A stretch of 64,000 nt of DNA from Raillietiella orientalis (lineage: Eukaryota). Position 1 is the first letter of the stretch, and every line of letters starts with the position of its first letter. The DNA lies in the NCBI GenBank assembly GCA_036172245.1, contig JAYWIR010000037.1, positions 558,001-622,000 on the forward strand. Reading direction: 5' to 3'. The notes under the pieces are model-generated. The model was not told the origin of the DNA. It did no database searches and saw only the letters and a program-made list of their open reading frames with translations. Below are positions 13,142 to 26,765 of this stretch, piece after piece. The translations under genes and the position numbers were made by a program.

Positions 13142-14161
13142 AAGTACTGAAGTACCCTTAGCCTAGGGACTCACGCACCTCTTCCACGCTCTTCCGCGCC
13201 ATCCGAGGGAGCATGTAGGAATTCTTCTTCGAGTTAGGGGATACCCTGGGAGGGGACCATCTTATCAATCGAGGAAGGGTTCCGGAGGAAGGAGTTCTGT
13301 TCCTTTCATGCCTGGGACGGGAACCCCGAACGAAATATTCACCTGCCTTATTCTCTCCTCTGCCTTATTCCACCGGTTCGTGGGGCCACCCCATTATTTA
13401 TTCTCCAGAGGGAACTCGCAAGGGAAACGCTCCTTGTCACTCCTCTGAAGAGAACCTCGGAGGGACGCCTCCCAATTTCCTCCGAAAGGTCGCTCCCGAA
13501 GGAAGTAGCTCTCTTCTTCACACTCTGGAGATGTGTCATCAATTCCCCAGCTCCATAGTACGAGGTGGAGGGTCCTCCTCCCCCCCTCTTCCAAGGGTAA
13601 AAGGGGGAGGGAACGGCTCCATCTTCACATACGGAGGGAAACGGCTGTTTGTGAACCAATGAACGCGTGGGATAGGGTCCGTAGTTTCACAAAGACAGTT
13701 GGATGGACACATCCCTTCTTCCCTTCGCTCGGCCAGGAATCCAAGCCTTCGCTCGGCAGCCGGCAACCGCAATGAATGCAAGTGCAATAGGCCAGGGTGG
13801 GAGGAGCCTCGAGAGCAAGAAAGTATTAACAGATCACACTCACTGGCACTTGGAACCGGATGAATTTTTCCAAAGGAGAACACAATTCTGGCGTCCATGA
13901 GATTCGCTGCCTGCGTTGGGGCGGCCGCGTGGCTGCGGTGGGTCTCCGTGCGCGGTACCACCAGGCGTCGAGGGTTCCAATCCTCCACGTGGAGGGTCGA
14001 CGGCGAGAAATGGGTGCTTCGTGGTGCCCCGTCCGCAGAATGAAGTTGGTTGGACCATGGACTTTGGGTGGGGCACTGGTGGAGGCATCCGGAAACCCCG
14101 GATGCCCCCGTTGACAGGCTGGGATTGGAATTTGACCCTCCGGAGCCCTCCCAGGAATCAA
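13142..14161. mobile_element. tRNA-headed SINE-like element, copy 2, internally inverted (body/tail 13142-13646 on minus; head 13921-14161 on plus)
   Basis: Direct alignment to copy 1. The head has A-box-like CGGCCGCGTGG (13922-13932) and B-box GGTTCCAATCC (13973-13983). Confidence 0.8.
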
Positions 14162-15189
14162 AATCCGCTGCCAGGGAACCCAGGTGTTCGCTCAGGTCAC
14201 ACCGCCTTCAGTTCATAGGGATTTCGGGAACAGAGATCTTCCGCAGGAGCCGAGAATTTCAAAAAATGCATGCGAGCCATTCCAGTAAGCTGATGATGTC
14301 TGATGACCTCCAGCGTAGCCCAGAGATCCGCTGAAGCGCATCTTCCAAACCGCGGAGCACATGCCTATGTGTCTGAGTAGCCAGAATCCTCCGAGACACC
14401 TTTGGGACCCGCGCCACACTGAAGAATGAGTTTGGTGCAAGAAAGGAGATTCCCGGCGAGAGGCCGAGGATTCATATCCCGGCGGTGGCATCTGCAGAAA
14501 GTGTTCGCCTCATCAACGAGCGGAAGAAACGTGCCACTGGACGCCATCATCCCTTGCCGAGAAGCTGGACGAGTCCTCGAAATGATGGAAGCTGCAGAAA
14601 ATTCCCCCTTCCTTTCTTTGTTTTTTCCTCACGTAACCATGAAGGAAGCGGCGATTCCACCCGCTGCATACCATGGTCCGAGGAGGAACCTGATGGTTTA
14701 GGGGGCTCTCAGATGAGCAAGGGGCAAGGTTGGGAACCGGAAACCAAGGGATCCTGATCGATGAGGTGCTCAGGAATGAAGGGAGCGGACGGCGAAGCAG
14801 CGCGTTAGGGGGAACTCGGATCGCGTGTTTCCGTACTCTGGCGTTAGAAAGGAGTGAGGGTGGGTGGGGGTGCCTTCTCAGGGATCGCACTGCAGAAGCA
14901 TTGGACGCCGATGCGCCACGTAAGTGGTCAAGTGTCATTCCTCGTGGACACCTATTTCCTGGACAGTTGAGGGCGGAACGGCTCCGCTGCAGGATGAGGA
15001 TGGGAAAGAGGAAAGAGAGGAAAACAATGAGAGGGGAGGTGCGCTCATCGAAGGGAGGGAAAACTGGAAGGTAATGATGATGATGATGCCCGCCGCTGCC
15101 AGGGTCTGGGTCAGTGAACTGCTCCGCTCCCAGCATGCTGCGATCTGCACCCGGATGCGTGCACGAGCTCAAGATCGCTGACAGCTGAA

Positions 15190-15700
15190 ACTTATGAGGC
15201 GGACTTTCGCTCCTGCAGTCTCCTTACGCGCGAGCTACAGCTCGAATCACGTGATGCGCGATTCTTTCCCTGCACTCCGGAACACCTCTTTGTGTAGCCT
15301 GGAACGGAGCCTCCTTCCAGCTAGGACTGCTGTCCTCCACCTACCGACGGACCCCGGCAAAGGAAACTTCCTTTACCGGGGTCCTGGTGCCCGGGCGGAA
15401 GACGTAGCGCCGTGCACCTGGGACCGCCAGCCGCTCCCTCTCCTCCCTCGCGCCGTGCTGTCAAGGCATGGAGCAGTTGAGGAGGTGGCTGGCATCTCCA
15501 GGCTCGAAACCGAGGCAGTCTCCTCCTCCTCCTCCTCCTCGCCGTGGGGATCCCGAAATCCCGTCCTTGGACACATCAGCCTCCGCATATCCGCCAAACG
15601 GTCCAGAGCGAAAATCTTCTGGCGCGGATTTCTCGCGTGCGTATACGCGCGAGTGCGCCCACGCTCCAGCTGCAGCCTGCTCCCTCTCCCTCTCTGAAGC
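15190..15700 (+). mobile_element. Possible LINE ORF1 (RRM-type) remnant
   Basis: 'RAVLSRHGAVEEV' resembles the L..YG.V..V motif of Tx1/L1 ORF1. This is a single motif only. Confidence 0.25.
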
Positions 15701-18639
15701 CTTCTCTTCCTCTTCCAGAAGCTGAACCAGTATCGATTTCCTTTCTGCAGACAATTTCCCCAGGAACCGAAGGTGGGGAGGATTGATTGTTGTGGTCCGC
15801 CGTCAGAGCCGCATTTTTTGCGTTTTTGGCCGTGATGAACGATGTACCCGTTCCTTCTTTCCTCCTCGGGTTTCCCTCTTCTCCTTGTTCATTCCCGAGC
15901 TGATGCCGAGTGGCCGTTTAAGAGGGGGTTCTCGTTCCAGGGCTCCGCGCGAGCGCACACGCGCCTTCTTGCGTTCCGATCTCGCCTCCTGAGACGGCAC
16001 CGAGGAAGCTTCCGGTTGCCCCCCCCTCCCTCCCTCCCTCCCTCCGGGTCAACGATCGAAAGAGCTTTCTTATCCGCGCGGAGGAACGGATCGGCCTCCT
16101 TGTCTGCAGTAGGGCGCTTCTCCTGGCCTCCCCATCTCCCCTCCTCCTTCGCTCCCTCGGTCGCTCGAAGTGATCCGAATGGCGGTCCTTCCATCCCTGT
16201 CATCCGATCGAACTCGCGATCCCGGTGAAGCCCTCGGCAGAATCCGAAATCATCCCCGGGAGCGCGCATCGTGGGCCCGCGCACGCACCTGCGGCTGCCC
16301 GCGCGTCCCTTCAGCTCTCGCGAGCGGCGCCTTGCGGCCATTGTTGCGAGGTCAGACTTCTCCATGGAGAGCGCCCGCGCGAGAGAGGGATGGCGTTCAT
16401 TGTTGACCGCAAATTCGCCGGTGACGCTTGGCTAACGAAAACGTGAGAACAGTCATCATGTGAGACGGGTCATCGAGATGGACGTAGGGGATGCTTCAGA
16501 CGCCAACCACAGGTGATCACTGTCTCGGGAGGAGCGGTGCAGTAATCCTGTAAGTACCTGACGCTCGTTTATGCGTAGCAACACCTCAATAAATCGATGC
16601 GCTAATCAAGAGTTCGATAAATTTTCCTGAAACATGGAAATGGACAGGAAAAAACTCGCATTGAAAAAAAAGGAAAAAAAAGAAAGACAAGAATCGTTCC
16701 ATGGAGATGCGTAAATGGCTTGTGGCAGCGACGATTCGCAGCCCTTCGCCGGAGAAACAAGTCCTGCGAGAGATGTTAGCAGGAAGGGGGGAGGCAGGCT
16801 CTCTTCCCTTGTCGTCGTGCGAACCGTCACCGATGCTGATGTGCTGGAAGATACAGTTCGACGGGCGGATCTCCTCGAGTTCTCTCTCCGTGCCTGTAAC
16901 GTTTCTTTTCTTTTCTTGGTTTGAACCCTTTCGGAATCGCCCAAGGCCGCCCCGAACGGGACGCGTGCGCCGAACGCACGCGCCCCGTTCGGAGCGGCCT
17001 CAGGCAATCGCGTTCGAAAATTTTCTCTCCAACCCCTCCATGGTTCCCTTTGCTCCCTGGGTATGCGAAACCTGCCCAAAGGAAATGCGCCAGTGTACGG
17101 AAGAGGCTTCTGCACACCAGCACCGACAAACATCGGTCGCATAGCAACCAGCTTCAGCAGCAGCGAGACGAGACAGACACCAGCACAAAAAAAAGGTGCA
17201 AGGGTATTGACAGGAGGCTGTCGAAATCTACTGCGCGCGAATTCCTGGAAGAAGACTTGAGATGAAAACCTGGGAAGAGTCGCGAGCACTTGGGCATCGA
17301 AAGACACGAGGATACGAGCTTGCGGGGGAGCAAAAGGGGAGGGAGGGGAAGAGAGAGAAGACAAGTGTGCCAGGACTCATATCGCGGAGTAAACTGCTTC
17401 GAAGAGGAGCTTCTCCCAGTCAGATAGAAGGAGGAGGCTCAGGCTGTGTTCAAGGATCGATCTCCGTGGCCATTTTCCTTCCCACTGCTCTTCGATCTGC
17501 TTCGAGCTCTGGGTTCCTTGCGCCATGAGACCCGTACGCCCACTATCGGAAGACGGGCGCGCGTTTCCGTTCATCCCTCCCCCGCCTTCCCTTTGCTCCT
17601 CTTTGTTCTTCCTGGGACTTCAGAAGGACGGAATCGGGAAAAGAGGCTTCGGGAAAAGGTCACACCCCTCCGCTGTTCCCGGCGGAGGATCTCCTCTTCC
17701 TATTCTGGGAAAAGAGGTGAGCTGGGAAGAAGCCGCCGGTCTTGGGACGTTCCCACTGGCATCTCCGTCCCCGGAAGCCCCCGGATCTTCGGAAAGGAAG
17801 GAGAGCAACGTGGATTCCTCACGAGAACAGGGAAAGGGTCAAGCTGTTTTGTTGGATTTTTGTTCTCGGAGGCGCGCTGCAGCTCACAGAACTCGCGGGG
17901 GGGGGGGGGGATGGGGAGAAGGAGAGGAAGCATCGCCTTGACCTGACGGGAAAGTTTTCCAGCCTATCCTCAGACTACTTGCTTCCCCTTCCTGGGCCCT
18001 CTCCTCCCTCACCTCTTCCCTCTTTCCTGGCTACGGGGCTTCATTCCCACGGATTCATCCCGACCCACTGAGGGGCAGCCTCTTGTTAGTGGGCAGCTAC
18101 GAGCGTGTGCTGGGGAAGAGGGGAGTGGCAGGGAAATGAGGAACATGGCGTGCACGCCTTATTTCGCGGGTGACGTCACCTTCACCGACACTCCTTGGAA
18201 CCTTCCCCCTTTCCCTTCCCCCTATCCTCTGGGACTACCGCCCGCCGTTGAGTTGGATGGGAAAGTAATGGTCGACGGAGGGGTGGGAAAAGGGACCTAT
18301 CGGTTCTCACAGTCGCGAGGCGGAATTCGGGACTTCCCGACGGAAAAGGGGGAGAATTCCTTGCTCTTCCCCTCGGGATTTCCCTGTTGACTGAACTTGA
18401 GATCCGGACAGTGGAGTGAAGGGAGAAAAAAGGAGTGCTTGCAGCAGAGGAAGAGGAAGGAATTGTGGGAGGAACGTGTTCGCTGCCACTCGTAAGGGAG
18501 GGGATGGGGGAAGGGAGCGTTGTAGTGGACCGCGACCGGTACCGAGTGCAGCGGTGCCAGTGCATCGGCACGGAAGAGGACATTGGACATTCCCACTTAG
18601 GAGGTGGACCGATGAGGCTCTCTCCATCACAAAGTTCTT

Positions 18640-21600
18640 TTTTATCTTGATTCCTTGTTGCCTCCTGTTCCTTCTCTTTCTCTCTTCTCTCTGCTAACGA
18701 TTTGGTAACATCTGGCTGACAAGTCGACCCTTAGCGTTTCCACTCTTTCGGGAACGAGCAGCTCCTTGACTGGTAAGGTGCCAACGGTCGTTTTTCTCCA
18801 CCCTAAGTTCCCGGAAGATGCGACAATCCTACTTCCGCCATCTTGTTCCTCTGGCATGGCTTCATTCCAGAGGAACAAGTCTTGAGAGTCAAGTCCCTTG
18901 TCTTCACCGCCTGTGCATCTTGGAAAAGAGAAAGATCGAGACCCTGCCTGGAAGCTGAAAGCTGAAAGACTCCAATCCCGCATACGGGATTGCTGACCTC
19001 GCATGAAGGATAGGGGAAGATGGAAAGGGAGGAAGAAGGAAAGAGTCCAGTGCAATTTCGAGAGGATCCGAAAAGACTCAAGAGCCTCTCTCTGACAGTT
19101 CGGGACAACTGCTGAAGTCCTTTCTGTTTCCTCCCTCCTCTTTCCGTTTGCATAGAAACCGCGTCGTTCTGATGAAAGGCTATTCCAGAATTCTCTCGCT
19201 GTTCCCGAAAAGGAGGAGGAGGGGGGAGAGACTGGAAAGAGGAGAGGCACTTCTGGTTCCTTTCTGGATGCGAGGAACCGATGAAATCCGAGGGTGAAGA
19301 TGTTTTCCAAGGTAGAGAGGAATAGCAGCCGCAACAGTCCATGCGAGAGTGAACATTTGCCAAGTCTCGATCCGCAGTCTCCTTCCTCCAAAGTGGTGGA
19401 GGCGTATTCCATCTATCCCCTTTCCCATGATGCACCGCCCCAATGGTCTTGCTCTCTGTGACAACAGAAAGTGTGGGCGGGACCTCCGGAGAGCGCATAT
19501 ATGGAAGTTCCATGGTCCCAGGCTTCGTAATTGGGAGGGAAAATGACGTCAGGATGTGATCCGAGGGAGGAATCATCGTCGCTGGTTCGTTTCAAGTTCT
19601 GCAATTTTTTTTTCCAGGAGACCAGGGAAGGATATCAAAGAGCTAAAGCAAAAAATGGAGGGAAGAGAAGGAAAGGTGCACGGAACAGGAGCATCTGGAG
19701 GAGAGAGTGCACGCCTAGAGAGAGGGAGCGAAGAGGAAGTCCAAAAGTAGATAGGTGCCGAAGAATATCAACTCCCTTGGGCAAAATAAGGGAACAGTGG
19801 TTAGAGAAGGTGAAAGCTATGGAAAGGGAAGGAAAGAAGGGGAGGAAGAAAACTCTTAGGATTGTCACGGCATTGCGTGCACCTCTTCCCTATTTCCAGC
19901 GCTGTTGCAAGTTGCAGCAAAAGAAACATCCCCCGGAAAGGCGGTGCAGTACATCCCGAGCTCTCCTCTCGAGACAGGTGATACGAGAAGGATCAAGTAT
20001 TTGCAGCCAAAGATGCTGCTGCACACCGAAGTAACACTGCCTCAGATAGGCAGAGACGGCTTAGATGGAGGCATCTAATCCCGGTCTTTCGTGCTACGTA
20101 TATGTCTCATCCGTCTCCTCGATGTCCCGTTCCTTTTCTTATCCCCTCTGCTTCCTTCCACACCTCCAGTTCCGTGCTCTTCTCTGGGATTCTTTCGGAG
20201 ATGCCTTGGGTAAGCTGGCTTGGAGTTGAATTAGGGCAGAGTCTCACCAACAACCTCAACAACTCCATGAAGCAAGGAAAAAGAAGAGGGTACAACAAGA
20301 ATGAAGCGATGTGGGGGAGACTGCTGAAATGAGGGAGGGGGGAAATTACGGAAGTCGAATCCAGAAGTCGGATAGGGAGATGCTGGAAGAAGGAAAGGAA
20401 ATTCGTCCTAACTCTTTACTTTTAGGGTTTCCCTTAGTCCGCTGTTTCCGACTCTTTGCTCTTCCTCTCTTTCCCCTGTGAGATCTGATTGCCTCGGGTG
20501 TTCCATGCAACCTTTAGCAATAAACACACCAGAATAAAACAGTGATGGCATTAGTTCACTAGTTCATGAAAAGGCCTGAGGCATTCTGGATGCTTTGGCA
20601 AGAAGACAGCTGACTCTTCACTCAGGACCGCCTCAGAGCAAGAGCGAAGGAAGGGACTACCAAACTCTTTCTTGGGATAAGCTGGAAATGGTAGTCCTGG
20701 ATGTCGGCGCCAAAGAAGTATCTAGAGAGGGAAGGAGATGATGAAAGGGTTGGAACGAGGTGATGCCAAAGAAGGACCTCACGCTGTTAAAAGTCCGTCA
20801 TTCTTTCATCCGGTTGATTGCTTTCTCAAATGCAAGGAAGAGAAAGCGATGGCAAGAGGCAGTGACTTTTTGTCCCCAGCTACGATCTCCTTCCCACTCA
20901 TCCTACCCTATCCCGTGCGCTCCGCTCTCGTCGCTTTCTGGTGTCCATAAAGCAGAGTCCACGTCCGCCCCTCCATGTACTACGTTTTGGGGGGAACCGA
21001 AGAGATAAGGGACCTACGGATGTCACGTCATTACAGAGGCATCTCTTTGGATCTGCCCCCACTACCCTCCTCTCCTCGATGCTGGAAACCTGAGACAGTG
21101 GAGACGAGGGGGAAGGCACGCAGAGGTCAAGAGGGGCAGCGCGGAAATCAAGGAAGCGTAGAGAATGGTCCCCCCTCGCGCACATTGTCGCTCTCCCAAG
21201 CAGCTTACCGAGGAAGGTGGTAAGGCTGCTTACGTAGGTGGTTGCTTCTGGTTTATCGGACTGCCTCCTCGTGCAAGAAAATTCTCGAAGCACGTAGGAG
21301 GGAAACCGCACACCGTCAGCGCATAGCGAGGTGCCACAGACGGCTGCCGGTGCCAAGAAGAGGGGTCGAAAAAGATGAATTCGCGGATCCTTTGAGGATC
21401 GCGACGGCAAAGCAGACGAGCCGGGGGGAGGAACAGAAACGCCACCGTCCCCTTGGACGAACTCTTAACCTCGAAAAGAAGTTCAAAGGTTAAGAAAGAG
21501 GAAAAGAAGGAAGGAGAGAGGATGATCCTTCCAGCTGCTGCTTAGCCCACCATCAATGAAATGAACCACCAGCTTTTCACCCAATCCGTACATACATAAT

Positions 21601-24600
21601 GGAACAAAGAAATGGGGCATCAGAGAGGAGGCAGAGGAAGAAGGCGGGAAGCATGCGTTGGGGGCATACGCCAGGTAAACACGGATCTAAGGTCTCTCTG
21701 TGAGCGCAACGGAACTCGGAGGGCAACGACGCCGCTAGAGGTCACTCCTGATCCTGAGAGAGCTAAGAATCCTGTGGGGACTCCAAGGCCTTGGGGCTTA
21801 CGTGCCGCTCCGAACGTCCACATCTGTTCCTCCGCGAGGTCAGTGCAAACAGTCACCGTCTTCCTACGACGGATTTCGCTCTCGGCGATTGCTCGGATCT
21901 TCGGCGTCCCTGTCCTGCGGATGAACAACAGACGTCTGAGTGCACCCGGAGTTAGGACTGCTGCAACGAACCGAAAACGCCTCCCGAGGATGTTTTGAGG
22001 GCCCCAGGGAAGAGCTGCAGGAGGCAGGGGAGACTTGGGGCCCTGCGACCTCTTCTGGAACGCAGCGGAAGGCAAAGACCAAGACGGAAGAACCGGGGAC
22101 TGCAGCCGCCCGCCGACCCTTTCGAAAGGCTAAACGGGGATCATGTCGGATGGTCCAGCTCAGGGCCAGTCAGAAAGCCAATGGGAAAGAGATGGAGGAG
22201 GGAACAGCACGTTCCCCTTCCGTGTGGCCCTCTGATATAAGCGTGCAGGGCAGGGAAGAAGGGACTCCCCGAAGCAGCTGCACGAGAGGTGACAGATGCC
22301 GCGGAGCCATTGGACAGGGGTGCTGGAGGGAAGGCCACTGGAGGCAGGAGGGAAGCCCGATGCTGTGCGCGTGTTCCGGATAGTGAAGCGTTCCGGGAAG
22401 CGAGACTTGGTGGCTTCCGCCGCCGCCTCCCCCGCGGCGAAATAGTTGCGAGTGTTTCCGGAAGATTTCAGGATCAGGGGAAAGCTGCAACCATCGGGAA
22501 GCAATCAGGTGTGCGTGTCCTTCTGCCTATCCCGGGCGGAAGGGTTTGGTTCTACCCGTTCCCCCCTATCCTCCCCCATCTAAGCCATCTCCAGCCCTCA
22601 GAGATGTTCCGGGGAGGCACAAGGGAGAGAGCAACGCGGGCTAGAGGTCGGCTCACCCCAACCGTCAAGAGGAGGGCGATGAGCGGCAGCTGCGTCCGCG
22701 AGAAGCAAAATCTCCCATGGGGGACGGGATGGAGTCCTCCGGCAGGACCGGATCCACGCGAAGCGCCAATCCAACGAGCAAGCGAACCGCGTCCAGGCGA
22801 GACACAGTTGCTGCGTGGATAGGAGGGTGCAGAAGCTCCACACTCCTTCGCAGACCCTCGGAGTGGCCGTCATGTCCGCGCGGACCCCTCCTCCATCACC
22901 AACTCGCACAATACTCGGTTGGTTTGGGGTGGAAAAGCGGAAGTGAGGGAGTGGGGTAGGGGAGGAAAGTCACCCTCTTCCTCCTCCTCTTCCCTTTATT
23001 TTTCTTCAGCAACATCGGTTCGTGTGTTTTTTCCCTGCCTTTCCTTTTGGGAAGAGAGAGAGGGAGAGAGAGAGGAAGGGGGGCGAATCAGCTTCCGATG
23101 CATCCTCCGCGGCTCGCCAAAGCCGACGTCAAGAAGGAAGGGGAGGGAGAGCGGGGAAAGGGAAGAGAGGAAGGAGGTGTTTTTGGAGGCGTTCTTTCCG
23201 GCGTTTTCCTTCTGGTGCAAGTTCGGGGATCCCAGGCAGGAGGCATCCTTCCCCGCCTTCCTTCACATCACGTGTGTCCACCTCAAGGTGGACACACGTG
23301 AACGTTTGCAATGAGGGCGCTCGACACGACTCTCCCTCCACTTGGACGCGGAGCACCACCAGTGCGCTCCGATTCCGCAGCCTCGAGGAGGGAAAAGGCG
23401 CATCTCTTCCTTCCTCCTCCTCCCCCTCTTCTCTTTCCGACCACACAGCCTCCGAGGGTAGGGAGGAGTTCCCTGGGGAACCTATGAGTGGAAACCAAGA
23501 AGAGGCCTCTGGGAACTTCTTCAGGAAGGGCACCTCGAGAGCACCCACGAGGCCAGGTAGTGCTTGCTCTCGCAGGAACCACCCAAGCGGAGGCAACAAC
23601 AGCGAAAGACTTCGACGTTGGTGGGGGGATCTCTCCCACGTCTCCGGAGGCGGAGGCGCTCCCCCCCCCCCGCCTCCAGTTCTCCCTTCCTTCTCATTTG
23701 CTGCTCGCCCACTCGCCGCTCTGCACGCTATGATCCCAAGAGTCCTGGAGAGGGTCCCGTACAGACCGGCGAGGACGTCGAACAGGGAGAAGGAGGGGGG
23801 AGGGGGAAGAGAAGCCATTGTGCCCCCTCTGGGCGCTTCGCTCTTCCGGAGGCGACCCCCCTTTCCCCTGGGAGCCGCGACGACTCTCGAGGCGCCTAGC
23901 AACGCCTTCCTTCCCCCGCCCTCCTAGCTGCAGGAGCGGGAGAAGAGGTCGAAGGGGAGGGAGGGGCGAGTAGCCAGCACGACGGACGCCTCCCAGGAAG
24001 TGCAGCGGCCCTTCACGGAAGTCGGGACCCTTGGAAGCGCAAGAAATCGGGAACGATCAACAAGCCAATAAAAGGGGAGGGAGGGAGGGAGAATAGCGGG
24101 AGAGAAAGACGTTCTTCCTCCTTCCATTCCGTAAGTTCCTTGACTCCCTCTTCCCCCCTTTCCGAGTTTCCTCCTCCCGTCTCCATCTTTTTTTTCTTTT
24201 GTCTCAGGGGAGAGGGGGGGGGGGGGGGGGTCGCGTGCGTCTTGCAGGAAGCGGCGACTGTGATGGAGCGCATCCTGACCCCCCCTCTCGCCCAGGAGAA
24301 ACCCCTGACCCCTCTCCCTTCCTCCTTTGCTGGCGAGCCAGTGGCTGAGGTCTCATTCCCTCCCATGCAAAATGGAGAGGCACAGCGGCGGCGCGCCCGC
24401 CGCTGCCGCCGCCGCCGCGGAGACGCGGCTCCCCCTCCCCCGGCCGTCCCGCGATGATTAATGAAAGGGAAAATTCCCGTCTCCGCCCAGCCTCCCCAAG
24501 AAACTTCTTAATCGGCGGGCGCCGCGCTCTTCGCCCACTCGGCGGCGGCCGAGTCTCTCCCAGGGAGAGCCCCGCGAGCTCCCTCCCCCGTCTTTCCTTC

Positions 24601-26765
24601 GTCTTGCTTCTTCGAGGGGCACCCCGCGGGTCTCCCGTCCCAGGCGTCACCTCACGGGCGGCTAGGACGAGAAGATGAAGACTCCCATTCCCCCTTGTTC
24701 CTCGCTCTTCCCCTCCTCCTCCCCCTCGCCGGAGGAACGGCCATCGCTCGAGTCCCGGCAGCGGCGGGCGAGCGGCGGGACTCGAGAGGACCTTTTCCCG
24801 AAAGTCGGGCGCCATTCGCGAGGGTTCCCGCGCGTGGAAGCGTCCGGGAGGAGAGTGCTTTTGTTTTCTCCCGAAATGGGGAGGGAGGAGGGGAAGGGAA
24901 GGAGAAAGAAGTGGAGAGGGATAGGCGTGCGGCTCTCGGAACCCACCCGGGGCACTCCAGTCGGCGGTCGCTGGGTCGCGTCACTCCCGTTCCCCCCTCC
25001 CGTTGTCGAGGGGACTTCAGGAGGCATCGGGGCACCGCCTGAAAGCTTCGTGGATGGGAGGGGAAGGAGCAGCGACTCAATCGTGGGGTCGAGATCGGCC
25101 AGCCGGGAGGGAGCACCGTCATCGTCGTCGTCCTCGGACCGGGGAGGGCGGCGGCACCTTCGTCTTCCGGGAGGTTTCCTACCGGCGGAACGCCCGGTCT
25201 TTCCGGGCGTTCCGCCGGTCTCGCCGGATTGCTGAGCAACGATGGCTGCAGCAGCGGCACCTCGCAACGGGAGGGGAGGCAAGCCGCTTCCTTCTCAGTG
25301 GCCCAGGGAGGGCTTCGCTTCAGCTCGTGATTCGGGGAGGCCAAGCCGCGTCCGCTCTTCCCGCCCACCCGTGTCGCGATCCCCTTCCGCGCCCGTCTGG
25401 ACGCCGTTGCGAGGTAAGCTGCGTCCTCCTCCCCGAGGCTCCTTCGCACCTCGAGGCACGGGCAGTATGTCGACCGCTAAACGAAAGGGAGGCGCGATTA
25501 TTGCTAGCTGAAAATCTCGAGGCACCTCCCCGATAGTGGCCCCGCGCACGGAAGCCGAGAGCACTCCCGGGGCAACTCCCCGCACGCAAGCTGCGCTCTC
25601 GTGAGTCCCACGAAAGGGATGCTGCGCCGAACGTGTGGAGGCAGTGGCTCCACTCTGAAGGATAAAGGGAAGGGGGGGGGGGACGAAGCAGCATTGCTCA
25701 CCCCGTCCCCCCGCTTCCCCTCCCCTTCCCCTCACAGCTGCAGCGGAGGCGGCCCCGTTTCGAGGCGGGAAAGAGCCTATCCTGGTTTCCAAGGTGCTCT
25801 CCCTTCTCCCCTGAGAAGCGACTCCAGCTCCCGCCTGCTCCGTCCGAGTCCCCTCGTGCACAACCACGTGGCGGCATCGCACGCATAGTCGTTCCCGCCG
25901 GAGGATGCGCGCCACCGTCGCAGACAGTCCTACCTGCCGCAAGAGTGGCTTCCGCGTCCGGGAGATTTACCCGAGGATGCTCTATCCCAAGGCCCACGCT
26001 GGAGTTATTCTAGGGGCAGCCAGTTCAAGCAGCAGCAGCGGATCCGGTCGCCTCACTACCGCGCACGCCGCACGTCTCGAGTCAGCCGCGCCATCTCCGA
26101 CGGACACCGGAGCTCCGGTCTCACGGTTGGCGGACAGGGCAACCACGGAGGCTCTCCTCTCGGCAAGGGTAGCCGGGGGTTCCTCCCCGCTCGGATGAGA
26201 GTTGGTCCTCCCTCCTGTAGTGGCGGTCTGGAGCAGATTTCTCTCATCCTTCCCCCCCCCCCCCTACTCTGTCTCTCGAAAGAAAGAGGGAAAGGGTTTT
26301 TTTGGCTGCTTTCTCTGCTAGCGGGTGCGCTGCTGCTCGTTTGGGCAACGCTCGCTGCGTGCGTCCGGACGTGCGAGTGAAACGGGGCCCGTCCAGTCAC
26401 GACAGCGGTGAGCGTGTCGGGAGGAGGAGGAGGCGAGAGGAACCTCCCCTTCCCATCCTGGTTCCACCTCAAGATCCGCCCGTTGCGACATTCCCCTTTT
26501 CCGAGATCGCGTCGCTGCAATCCGGCGTTGTTGGGCGAGGCGGAGCAAGGAAAGCACCGACTCCGCCTTCGCGACGCACCCTGGGTGCGTACGAGGCGGT
26601 GGTGATGCGAGCGCACCCGTCCTTGCCCATGAGGATGCTGGGAGGGCAAGCAAAAATCCCTCGTGTTTAAAGGGCGAGTGAGCGAAACGCAGGCGGGAGG
26701 CACGCGGCACGCAACGGCGCGGATCGGCTTAGCACGTCCGATGGGCTGCGTCTATATTTAGACTC
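18640..26765 (-). mobile_element. Decayed, probably full-length L1/Tx1-like LINE
   Basis: Minus strand, in order: Inr/GGACGTG-like 5' end (26764-26733); 'RLCVRCRH' knuckle-like (about 25880); RT 'VVGADPKRCLCNDVTSVGPLSL' (cf. LIPK..NWRPISL, about 21000-21070); 'LFLAFEKAINRM' (cf. LDFEKAFDRV, about 20810-20845); 'TLEEGDCG' (cf. EGGLG, about 19380); 'NLGWRKTTVGTLPV' (about 18770-18810). It may be a composite of nested copies. Confidence 0.6.

Noticed and set aside
82..13646. Paired LTRs of a 13.5-kb LTR retrotransposon
   Set aside because: The repeats lack TG...CA ends and PBS/PPT, are tied to a tRNA head, occur a third time, and the enclosed DNA holds non-LTR motifs in both orientations.
23022..25449. 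Several 200-300 aa ORFs on both strands
   Set aside because: Stop-poor GC-rich sequence inside a decayed LINE, with no coherent protein signal.
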